Assembly: GCA_964016885.1 (NCBI GenBank)
Contig: OZ024745.1
Coordinates: 118,048,001-118,112,000 of the forward strand
Direction: 5' to 3'
Source: Eledone cirrhosa
Taxonomy: Eukaryota
Length of the DNA: 64,000 bases
Under the pieces are notes generated by a model. That model had not been told where the DNA came from. It saw only the letters and a list, made by a program, of their open reading frames with translations, and made no database searches. Of this stretch, positions 51,541-64,000 are shown piece by piece. Within the stretch, counting starts at the first letter, position 1; each line of letters starts with the position of its first letter. Position numbers and translations under genes: made by a program.

Positions 51541-51890
51541 GGAGGCACGTGGCTTAGTGGTTAGAGCATTGGCCTTGCAATCGAAAGGTTGTGAGTTCAA
51601 TTCTCAGACTGGGTGATGTGTTGTTTCCTTGAGCAAGACACTTTATTTCACATTGCTCCAGTTTACTCAGCTGTAGAAATGAGATGATAGGGACTTGGGT
51701 CCCTATCATTCCACTGCAAAGTGGTCGTGGAGGCACCACGGCAAAAAAGCACCCAGCACTCACTGTAAATGAGGTTGGTGTTAGGAAGGGTATCCAGCTG
51801 TAGAAATCAAGCCAGAATCAGTTCCCGTCCCACCCTTGCAAGCAGGGAAAAGCGGACGCAAAATGTTGATGTTGATGATGATGATGTTGA
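51541..51890 (+). mobile_element. Full-length SINE family B
   Basis: A box tggcttagtgg, B box gagttcaattc, ccttgagcaagacact central domain (CORE/V-like, from recall), 3' part matching RTE 3'UTR 53500-53770, (GAT)n tail. Confidence 0.92.
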
Positions 51891-52135
51891 TATTATAAAG
51901 TAAAATGACAGGAAGTCATATAAGTTGAATTTCCTTAATAATTAAGGAAATTCAACCTGTCTGGCCTTCTGTAATTTTGCTTTAAAATATATTTGAATCC
52001 GTTCACGCACACAGACATGATTCAACATCAAAGATGGATGAGTTACATAACGTTGAGTGCTTTTCTCATATTACGTTGTGGTTAACATTGCAGAATGATC
52101 GATTCTACCCAGTGGTAAACTATCAAGTTTAAACA
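51890..52135 (+). mobile_element. Diverged fold-back plus tail before (TA)n
   Basis: Centre gttgaatttccttaat / attaaggaaattcaac; tail contains GAGTGCT at 52056. Confidence 0.6.
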
Positions 52136-52163
52136 TATATATATATATATACATATATGTATA

Positions 52164-52231
<68 letters not shown>

Positions 52232-52251
52232 TATATATATATATATGTATA

Positions 52252-52301
<50 letters not shown>

Positions 52302-52321
52302 TATATATATATATATGTATA

Positions 52322-52409
<88 letters not shown>

Positions 52410-52415
52410 TGTATA

Positions 52416-52749
<334 letters not shown>

Positions 52750-52806
52750 AGAAGTTATATTTAATTTGTTGGGATACAAGTAAATATTTTTATAACTGAT
52801 ATAAAG

Positions 52807-53772
52807 ACAGCAAACAGCAAACAGCCACAGGAAACAAGTACCACCAATCTCTGGGAGGGCCCTGTAGAAACAGTTGACAGCTTCTGCTACCTAGGTGACC
52901 GAATTAGCAACGGGGGTGGGTGTTCAGAAAGTGCAATAACTAGGGTAAGAACGGGATGGAAGAAGTTTAGGGAACTACTACCACTGCTAGCTGCAAAAGG
53001 CTTCTCCCTCAGAATGAAAGGCAGACTATATGATGCGTGTATCCGAACAGCGATGTTGCATGGTAGTGAGACCTGGGCGCTGAAGGTGGAAGACTTACGT
53101 AGATTAGAGAGAAACGAAGCCTGCATGCTCCGATGGATGTGTAACAGTAATATACGTGAACGACAAAGCATAAATGAATTGAGAGAGAGACTGAGCATAA
53201 GAGGAATCAAATGCTGTGTGCAGGAGGGGCGGTTGCGCTGGTATGGACATGTGATGCGTATGAAGGATGATAGCTGCATAAAAAGGTGCAGAGCACTAGA
53301 AGTTGATGGAAACCACGGAGTGGGGAGACCCAAGATTACCTGGGATGAGGTGATAAAAGCCGACCTTACCCAATTACACCTCTCAAAGACAATGACACAC
53401 GACCGTGACTTCTGGCGTCACGCAGTAATACAGAGTACCCTACCTCCCATGGGTACAAGCAGAAGCATATAGACAATATGCCCCCACACCCCCCACCACA
53501 AGGTGGTCGTGGAGGTGCCACGGAAAAAAAGCACCCAGCCCACACTGTAAAGTGGACGTGTAGGCGCCACGGAAAAAAAGTACCCAGCACTCACTGTAAA
53601 TGAGGTTGGTGTTAGGAAGGGCATCCAGCTGTAGAAACCAAGCCAAATCAGTTCCTGTATGAGCAAGGCATGGTCAGCTGACCAGACACTGCCCACAACA
53701 GGACAACCCGTCTAACCCATGCTAGCATGGAAGAACGGACGTAAAACGGTGATGATGATGATGATGATGATG
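52807..53772 (+). mobile_element. 5'-truncated RTE LINE with ATAAAG target-site duplication
   Basis: FCYLGD...GWKKFRELLPLL...MKGRLYDACIRTAMLHGSETW...RLRWYGHV; ataaag at 52801 and 53773. Confidence 0.92.
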
Positions 53773-54038
53773 ATAAAGCACTCAACAAATTTTTGGAGTA
53801 AAAATACAATATATTAATAAATGGGTTTGCTCTTTCTTTCTCCTTTTCTTTCTCCTTTTCTTTTTTCCCTATTCCAACGGCTTAATTTAAATCTATGGGA
53901 TTTAAACCTCTCCGACACTAATTTGCATAATAGACCAATAATAAAATTAATAACCCCACTATCCGGGAGCTTCCAACAGACATGGTTGCATTCTTTTAAG
54001 GGTATGTCAATATTTGTTTATAAAACTGATCTATATTA

Positions 54039-54103
54039 TATTTTATCTGATGAAAGCGCACCATAATTTGCTTTGGTGTCCTTGAAATATGTATAATGAA
54101 ATA
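54039..54103 (+). ncRNA. Type I hammerhead ribozyme
   Basis: tattttat CTGATGA aagcgcacca-taatttgctt-tggtgtcctt GAAA tatgta TA atgaaata. Confidence 0.8.
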
Positions 54104-54202
54104 AATATGGTTTTATAAATATAGTTTCCATTTATTAATATATTGTATATATATATATATATATATAATATAAGATCAAAAGATGGTTAAAAGAGTTCCA
54201 TG

Positions 54203-54273
54203 TATTTTATTATGCGCATTTCAAAAACAAATATCATCATGCGATGACATTTGCGTTTTCGTCAGATAAAATA
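54203..54273 (-). ncRNA. Type I hammerhead ribozyme in a single-arm copy (54163-54320) of the 25.6-kb family
   Basis: Reverse complement: tattttat CTGACGA aaacgcaaatgtcatc-gcat-gatgatatttgttttt GAAA tgcgca TA ataaaata. Confidence 0.85.
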
Positions 54274-54342
54274 GGGAGACATGATATGAAGGTTAAAAAA
54301 CACTTGTCAATAGTGCAGTCCCTCCTCATGCAATAAACAATT

Positions 54343-54630
54343 CATCATCATCAACATCTTCTTTCTCTGCTTTAATTGGTTGAGTGTTTTCCAGCACAGC
54401 TTCTCCCCACTTGCTGCATTGATTTGTCATCTTCTCTGTGAATTTCAGCAATTTGTGATCAGTTCTCACCACTTCAGGGCACTTTACCCAACTATTCTCA
54501 TCATCCTTACACATCACATGTCCATACCAGTGCAGTCTTCTCTCTTGCACACTACATCAGATTTCTCTTATATCCAGTTTTCCTCCCAGCTCATCCATGT
54601 TATGCCTTGCCATTCATGCACATTAACATT
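54343..54630 (-). mobile_element. RTE 3' fragment
   Basis: VQERRLHWYGHVMCKDDENSWVKC; (GAT)n tail. Confidence 0.75.
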
Positions 54631-54789
54631 AATGGATAATTATTTCAAAATATCTATATTTTATTTTTTAAAATATTAAAATTGTAATGTTAATAGAATT
54701 TAGAAATGAAAATCAGTCAATCTTGAAGCACCTTAGGATAAACAATATTCATTGTCATTTTTTGTTGGTGTCCAAATTAATAAATTGTT

Positions 54790-55680
54790 GCTACACACTC
54801 ACACACATACACTCAAATACATATACTAAGACAGACACACACAGACATACATTCACACAGACACACGCATAACTTTTCACCTCACTTTTTTGTCGTTTGC
54901 TACATATGTACTGTATGTACTGTACATATGTACATATGTAAAGTATGTATTTAATAACATACCTAATGAACGTGCGTACACACACAGACACATACATATT
55001 CATATACAAAATGTGATGTGTTGTTTTCTATTGTTTTAATCCAAATGAAAATAAAAATTATCACACTTCACCCACACACACATACACCCACACATACACT
55101 CACACACACTCTCACATACATATACTAAGACAGACACACACAGACATACATATTCACACACTCCTATTACTTGTCTGTCAACACATATGTAGCTGTATAT
55201 GTATCTGTGTGTGTTTAACTCCAAGGCCTAACGTTAAAATAAAAATGATTACACATACTCACACACACACACATACACTCTCACACACATACACTCTCAC
55301 ATACATATACTGAGACAGACACACACAGACATACATTCACGCACACCTATTGTCTATCAACATATATGTATATGTATGTGTAGATGTGTGTGTGTGTGTG
55401 TTTAATTCTCTAAGGCCTAACTATGTAACTAACTCGCAAACACATACACACTCATATACAAAATGTGATGTCATCGTCGCCGTCGTGGTTTACTATAGCT
55501 GACTATAGAAATATTATTTTAGATAAAATGTTATATTGTTTTAATCCAAATGAAAATAAAAATTACATGTTGACACTCCCAGGGCCTAATGCCTTGTAAA
55601 ATTTGATTTGATTTGGTCGAGCTGTTTGAGAATGCATAGGAACAGACAGAGAGACAAAGAATTTTATATATAGAGAGATA
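54790..55680 (-). mobile_element. Helitron/HINE-like element with internal direct repeats
   Basis: Reverse strand begins tctctatatataaaattctttgtctctctgtctgt...aatcaaatttt. Internal repeats such as attgttttaatccaaatgaaaataaaaatta at ~55030 and ~55536. Confidence 0.5.
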
Positions 55681-55814
55681 AATTAAATATTGGACTAATT
55701 TAAAAAGATTTACATGAGAGTTAACAGATTATACACCTTTTCTTCCCTTTAATAAATTGCTCTTTTTATTATTGCTCTCTTTATCGAAATGTACTTAAAT
55801 AACACATATGTACA

Positions 55815-55884
55815 ACTACCTGTCTGTGGAAAGATTGTCCGACATGGAGCCAGTCCATTGTATAAAAAAGGTTGGAGACCACTG
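55815..55884. mobile_element. hAT MITE terminal fragment
   Basis: aaaaaaggttggagaccactg is a Charlie-like end (from recall). Confidence 0.5.
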
Positions 55885-56869
55885 ATTTAGAGTATTGAGC
55901 TCAGAGGGAAGAAAGCCAAAGTTGACCTTGGTGGGGTCTGAAACCAGAACTAGAGGCCATAATGAAATACTGTAATGTGTTCCATCCAACACATTAACGA
56001 GTCTGCCAATACTCCATACCTGCATGTATTGAATAATACACAAACACACACATATAGACATAAACACACAGACACATACACACACAGACACATACACACA
56101 TACAGACACATACACAGGTATATATCGACACACACATCTAGGCACAGATACACACACATATACACACACAGGTACACATATACATACATAGATACATAGA
56201 CACAAGGACACACATATATACACACGCAGACTCTCACACACAGAGACACACATACAGACACATAGGCACAAATACACACACACACACACATACATACACA
56301 CACACACAGACACATAGGCACACACACACAGACAGGCACACATACAGACACATAGGCACAAATACACACACACACACACACACATACATACATACACACA
56401 CACAGACACATACAGACACATAGGCACACACACACCGACAGACACACATACAGACACATAGACACACATACACACACTAAACAAATTTAAAGATTTGTAA
56501 GTCGACCATATTTTAGTCATACTTTTACATTTGTTAGGAGAGCAAATATTGGGTCATCAAATAGGGAATTTGTAGAAATTTGTAGAAAAAAAGACAAATT
56601 TCTACAAATTTCATACTTGACGACCCAATAGTTTTTACAAAGAAAATGTAACACATGTGTTGTAAATAAACTTCAGCCAGGGAACAGTAATAACTAACAT
56701 TAGACATCTTTTCCATATGCTAATACATATGTGTATATGTGTGTGTATGTGCATACTCATACATTGGTATGTATGAGTTTATCATAATATAATAAAGGGA
56801 GGAATGCGGGACTGCATCCTGAATATATTTTTTTATCCTGTTTGTAAAATAAATTGGATTACTTTGAAT

Positions 56870-57710
56870 AAATAATTGTTTCTACTTTAGGCACAAGGCC
56901 AGAAATTACCCAGTACATTACTGGTACTTTATTTTATCGACCCCGTAAGGATGAAAGGCAAAGTTAACCTCGGTAAGATTGGAACTCAGATCGTAAAGGG
57001 ACGTAACTATGCTAGAAAGCATGGCGTCCAACCCTCTACCGATACTGCCAATTGACCGCAATAAATAATAAATGAATATTACATAATTTATATACTAAAT
57101 TTCGTAACTCTTGATTAAATATAAATAATTTTATTGCTTATTTCAATATTGAAGTCTTTAAAATTTTCAAATGTCAACACTTCCGGTTAGCGTCCATTAT
57201 ATTATAACACTGAGGGCGGTGAATTGGCAGTATCGGTAGAGGGTTGGACGCCATGCTTTGACGCATAGAGTTACGGCCCTTGCCATTCTGAGTTCAAATC
57301 CCGCCGAGGTTAACTTTGCCTTTCATCCTTATGGGGTCGATAAAATAAAGTACCAGTAATGTACTGGATAATTGCTGGCCTTGTGCCAAAAGTAGAAACA
57401 ATTATATTATAACACTGGGTGGATTGGCAGTATCGGTGGAGGGTCGGACGCCATGCTTTCCAGCATAGTTACGTCCCTTTACGATCTGAGTTCAAATCCC
57501 GCCGAGGTTGACTTTGCCTTTCATCCTTACGGGGTCGATAAAATAAAAGTACCAGTAATGCACTGGGTAATTGCTGGCCTTGTGCCTAAAGTAGAAACAA
57601 TTATATTATAACACTGGGTAATTGCTGGCCTTGTGCCTAAAGTAGAAACAATTATATTATAACACTGGGTAATTGCTGGCCTTGTGCCTAAAGTAGAAAC
57701 AATTATATGA
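56870..57710. mobile_element. SINE A cluster: minus copy 56870-57060, plus-strand tandem copies 57213-57710 with repeated 3' ends
   Basis: A/B boxes and central domain; attatattataacactg is repeated at ~57196, 57401, 57600 and 57652. Confidence 0.9.
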
Positions 57711-58084
57711 TAACATTTATTACATCGCTTATATAAACATTCATATATTTGCATCGTTTTATAAGGTTTATATTTCCGTCGCTAATTTTCTCCTAATGCA
57801 GTTTATATATAATATTGTCTTTTTTAAATGTATCAAGGATTACTTTACTGATTACAGAAGAGAGTGTAACACAGTCTCTCTTCAATTTCTGTGCATATTC
57901 TCAATTATGATTTTATTTGACGTATGTTATCTAAATGCATATATATTTGCATATAATATCAATATGCACACTATACTTGCTAGCAGAAAACCATGCAGAC
58001 GATGGTTTTTCTGCTAGTAAATATAAATGTGCAAACACAGACACGCTTACAAAAATACAACCTCATAGACATTTATTCAGACAA

Positions 58085-61000
58085 ACACACATATACATTC
58101 ACACAAACACATACATACATTCACATAAACACACACATACATTCACATAAACACACACATACATTCACATAAACACATACATACATTTCCATAAACACAT
58201 ACATACATTCCCATAAACACATACATACATTCACATAAACACATACGTACATTCACATAAACACACACATACATTCACATAAACACATACATACATTCTC
58301 ATAAACACATACATACATTCCCATAAACACATACATACATTCACATAAACACATACGTACATTCACATAAACACATACATACATTCCCATAAACACATAC
58401 ATACATTCCCATAAACACACACGTACATTCCCATAAACACATACATACATTCCCATAAACACATACATACATTCACATAAACACATACATACATTCCCAT
58501 AAACACATACATACATTCACATAAACACACACATACATTCACATAAACACATACATACATTCACATAAACACACACATACATTCCCATAAACACATACAT
58601 ACATTCCCATAAACACACACGTACATTCACATAAACACATACATACATTCACATAAACACATACATACATTCACATAAACACACACGTACATTCACATAA
58701 GCACACACATACATTCACATAAACACACACATACATTCACATAAACACATACATACATTCCCATAAACACATACATACATTCCCATAAACACACACGTAC
58801 ATTCACATAAACACACACATACATTCACATAAACACACACATACATTCACATAAACACATACGTACATTCCCATAAACACACACATACATTCCCATAAAC
58901 ACATACATACATTCACATAAACACACACGTACATTCACATAAACACATACATACATTCCCATAAACACATACATACATTCACATAAACACATACATACAT
59001 TCCCATAAACACATACATACATTCCCATAAACACATACGTACATTCACATAAACACACACGTACATTCCCATAAATACATACATACATTCCCATAAACAC
59101 ATACATACATTCCCATAAACACATACATACATTCCCATAAACACATACATACATTCACATAAACACACACATACATTCACATAAACACATACATACATTC
59201 ACATAAACACACACATACATTCCCATAAACACACACATACATTCCCATAAACACACACATACATTCACATAAACACACACATACATTCACATAAACACAC
59301 ACATACATTCACATAAACACACACATACATTCCCATAAACACACACATACATTCACATAAACACATACATACATTCACATAAACACATACATACATTCCC
59401 ATAAACACACACGTACATTCACATAAACACATACATACATTCACATAAACACATACATACATTCACATAAACACACACATACATTCACATAAACACACAC
59501 ATACATTCACATAAACACACACATACATTCACATAAACACACACATACATTCCCATAAACACACACATACATTCACATAAACACATACATACATTCACAT
59601 AAACACATACATACATTCCCATAAACACACACGTACATTCACATAAACACATACATACATTCCCATAAACACACACGTACATTCACATAAACACATACAT
59701 ACATTCACATAAACACATACATACATTCCCATAAACACATACATACATTCCCATAAACACATACATACATTCCCATAAACACACACGTACATTCACATAA
59801 ACACACACATACATTCACATAAACACACACATACATTCACATAAACACATACGTACATTCCCATAAACACACACATACATTCCCATAAACACATACATAC
59901 ATTCACATAAACACACACGTACATTCACATAAACACATACATACATTCCCATAAACACATACATACATTCCCATAAACACATACATACATTCCCATAAAC
60001 ACATACGTACATTCACATAAACACACACGTACATTCCCATAAATACATACATACATTCCCATAAACACACACGTACATTCACATAAACACACACATACAT
60101 TCACATAAACACACACATACATTCCCATAAACACATACATACATTCACATAAACACATACATACATTCCCATAAACACATACATACATTCACATAAACAC
60201 ACACGTACATTCCCATAAACACATACATACATTCCCATAAACACATACATACATTCACATAAACACACACATACATTCACATAAACACATACATACATTC
60301 ACATAAACACATACATACATTCCCATAAACACATACATACATTCACATAAACACACACATACATTCCCATAAACACATACATACATTCCCATAAACACAT
60401 ACATACATTCCCATAAACACATACATACATTCACATAAACACATACATACATTCCCATAAACACATACATACATTCACATAAACACACACGTACATTCCC
60501 ATAAACACATACATACATTCCCATAAACACATACATACATTCACATAAACACACACATACATTCACATAAACACATACATACATTCACATAAACACATAC
60601 ATACATTCCCATAAACACATACATACATTCACATAAACACACACATACATTCACATAAACACATACATACATTCACATAAACACACACATACATTCACAT
60701 AAACACATACATATATTCCCATAAACACATACATACATTCACATAAACACATACATACATTCACATAAACACATACATACATTCCCATAAACACACACGT
60801 ACATTCCCATAAACACATACATACATTCCCATAAACACATACATACATTCCCATAAACACATACATACATTCACATAAACACATACATACATTCCCATAA
60901 ACACATACATACATTCACATAAACACACACATACATTCACATAAACACATACATACATTCACATAAACACATACATACATTCCCATAAACACATACATAC

Positions 61001-62445
61001 ATTCACATAAACACACACATACATTCACATAAACACATACATACATTCACATAAACACACACATACATTCACATAAACACATACATATATTCCCATAAAC
61101 ACATACATACATTCACATAAACACATACATACATTCACATAAACACATACATACATTCCCATAAACACACACGTACATTCCCATAAACACATACATACAT
61201 TCCCATAAACACATACATACATTCACATAAACACACACATACATTCACATAAACACATACATACATTCACATAAACACACACATACATTCCCATAAACAC
61301 ATACATACATTCCCATAAACACACACGTACATTCACATAAACACATACATACATTCACATAAACACATACATACATTCACATAGACACACACGTACATTC
61401 ACATAAACACACACATACATTCACATAAACACACACATACATTCACATAAACACATACATACATTCCCATAAACACATACATACATTCCCATAAACACAC
61501 ACGTACATTCACATAAACACACACATACATTCACATAAACACACACATACATTCACATAAACACATACGTACATTCCCATAAACACACACATACATTCCC
61601 ATAAACACATACATACATTCACATAAACACACACGTACATTCACATAAACACATACATACATTCCCATAAACACATACATACATTCACATAAACACATAC
61701 ATACATTCCCATAAACACATACATACATTCCCATAAACACATACGTACATTCACATAAACACACACGTACATTCCCATAAATACATACATACATTCACAT
61801 AAACACATACATACATTCCCATAAACACATACATACATTCACATAAACACACATATACATTCACATAAACACATACATACATTCACATAAACACACACAT
61901 ACATTCACATAAACACACACATACATTCACATAAACACATACATACATTCACATAAACACATACATACATTCCCATAAACACATACATACATTCACATAA
62001 ACACACACATACATTCACATAAACACATACATACATTCACATAAACACATACATACATTCCCATAAACACATACATACATTCACATAAACACACACATAC
62101 ATTCACATAAACACATACATACATTCACATAAACACACACATACATTCACATAAACACACACATACATTCCCATAAACACATACATACATTCACATAAAC
62201 ACACACATACATTCCCATAAACACATACATACATTCACATAAACACATACATACATTCACATAAACACATACATACATTCCCATAAACACACACGTACAT
62301 TCCCATAAACACATACATACATTCACATAAACACATACATACATTCACATAAACACACACATACATTCACATAAACACATACATACATTCCCATAAACAC
62401 ATACATACATTCACATAAACACATACGTACATTCACACAAACACA
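58085..62445. repeat. 22-bp satellite acattc(a/c)cataaacaca(t/c)ac(a/g)t, about 200 copies
   Basis: Directly visible. Confidence 0.98.
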
Positions 62446-62500
62446 CACACCATCCCCTTCCTTCCTTTTACACACACATACATTCAAGCAAGCAGTAGGT

Positions 62501-62551
62501 GTAAAGAGAGAGGAGTAGTATGAGGTAGTCAAACTACTCCTCTCTCTTTAC
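62501..62551. other. 19-bp perfect hairpin at the satellite border
   Basis: gtaaagagagaggagtagt / actactcctctctctttac. Confidence 0.7.
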
Positions 62552-62810
62552 GTGTTGTGACAGAATCGCAGAAATTTATATATCGAAGAAATTCTATATG
62601 TTGAGCATGTGGTTCTAAGGTATTAATTATTGTTGTCGGAATATCCATGAAGGAGTGTTGTCGTTTTGTTTTAGAATGGGAATTTTTGAATTGGATAAAT
62701 TGCTAGAATCAACATCTTGAAACACTAGTGTCTGTTATTCTTACATGGTTATTGAAGTAGCCATGGCACTATCACAGCTTAAAGTACTATAGTTAGACTT
62801 ATCTGTGCTT

Positions 62811-63010
62811 ACATCATCATAACCATCATCACTATCATCATCATCATCATCATCATCATCATTAGTATTATCATCACTATCATCATCATCGTCATCATCA
62901 CCACCATCATCATCACCATCATCGTCATTACCATTATCATCATTACCAACACCATCATCACCATCATCACCATTATCAACATTACCATCATCACCATCAT
63001 CACCATCATT
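62811..63010. repeat. Imperfect (CAT/CAC)n repeat
   Basis: Directly visible. Confidence 0.95.
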
Positions 63011-63084
63011 ATGTTAATTAATGCCTGTTACCCCATACAGCCCTACTTCTCTGTAAGTATTCATCAAGCTGAAATATTCATCCA

Positions 63085-63566
63085 ATGAAGCACCCAGCTG
63101 ACGTTGTAAAGTGGTTGTGATGGTGACACGACAAAAAGCACCCAGCCCACACTGTAAAGTTGTTGTGATGGTGACATGACAAAAAGCACCCAGCCCACAC
63201 TGTAAAGTTGTTGTGATGGTGACACGACAAAAAGCACCCAGCCCACACTGTAAACTGGTTGAGATGGTGTCATGATACAAAGCACCCAGCCCACACTGTA
63301 AACTGGTTGAGATGGTGACACGACAAAAAGCACCCAGCCCACACTGTAAAGTGATTGTGTAGGTGTCATGATACAAAGCACCCAGCCCACACTGTAAATG
63401 AGGTTAGTGCTAGGAAGGGCATCCAACTGTAGAAACCAAGCCAAAATAGGTTCTGTATGAGCAAAACATGGTCACCTGACCTGGCATTGATCACAACAGG
63501 ACAACTCATCTAACCCGTGCCAGCAGGGGAAAATAGACCTTAAATGGTGATAATGATGATGATGAA
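63085..63566 (+). mobile_element. RTE 3'UTR with about 7 copies of a 48-bp minisatellite and (GAT)n tail
   Basis: aagcacccagc recurs every 48 bp from ~63088 to ~63376, then aggaagggcatccaactgtagaaacc. Confidence 0.85.
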
Positions 63567-64000
63567 TTAGCAGAATTGTTTAAACATCAGATAGAATTCT
63601 TTTTTTTATTTGTTCTGCTGAGTTCAACTTTGCTTTCGATCCAAAGTACCAGTAAAGTACAGGGGTCAGTGTAAGGAACTTATATATAAGTGTATATGTG
63701 TGTGATTATCCATGAGGATACAAGTAACATAGTGAGACTTCTGTATGTTTATTATATATAAATATAATGTATATACTTTTATATACACCTCTATTATGAT
63801 GTAAGAGGTGTAGTGGTATTATATGCAGACCATCAGGTAAGATAGATTTTGCAGGTGACATATGCACAAGACTAGTTTGTAGTGAGAGCAGTAGGGAAAT
63901 GACCATTTTCCCCACCTTTGGAAGGTACCATAGAAGTTGATAGCATTTGTTACTTAGGTGTCTTAATTATAGAACCATCTCGATTAATGCTCAGAATTGT

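Noticed and set aside
51541-51615. Functional tRNA gene (also SINE A heads and 7485-7550)
   Set aside because: A and B boxes are present, but I could not form a full acceptor stem and the sequence continues into multi-copy SINE bodies.
62501-62551. let-7 microRNA gene (TGAGGTAGT inside a hairpin)
   Set aside because: Only 9 nt match and they lie in the loop, not on a stem arm; the rest of mature let-7 is absent.

Overview
AT-rich, repeat-saturated eukaryotic DNA with no supportable host protein-coding gene. The mix of tRNA-derived SINEs, RTE LINEs with (GAT)n tails, Tx1-like relics and (TA)n/(CA)n tracts suggests a cephalopod (octopus-like) intron or intergenic region; the taxon is an inference. 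The window holds decayed RTE, Tx1/L1-like and CRE-like LINEs, two main SINE families, and mariner/Tc1/Tigger/hAT/piggyBac/Helitron-like DNA elements. It also has two large ~22-bp satellites: 38.6-47.5 kb, with an apparently exact 3,712-bp internal duplication, and 58.1-62.4 kb. The most interesting signal is not in the ORF track. More than ten sequence-distinct, ORF-less 100-500 bp elements sit in or next to (TA)n tracts, mostly built as inverted arm / arm / unpaired tail. Many contain type I hammerhead ribozyme cores (canonical CUGANGA...GAAA...UH, plus UUGAUAA and CAGAAGA variants), and several share an ACTC...GAGT(G/A)CT stem right at the fold-back boundary. They are best read as Penelope-like (PLE) pseudo-LTR derivatives or non-autonomous ribozyme retroelements. 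All coordinates and base-pairings were read by eye; boundaries of decayed elements are approximate and no database search or folding was run.
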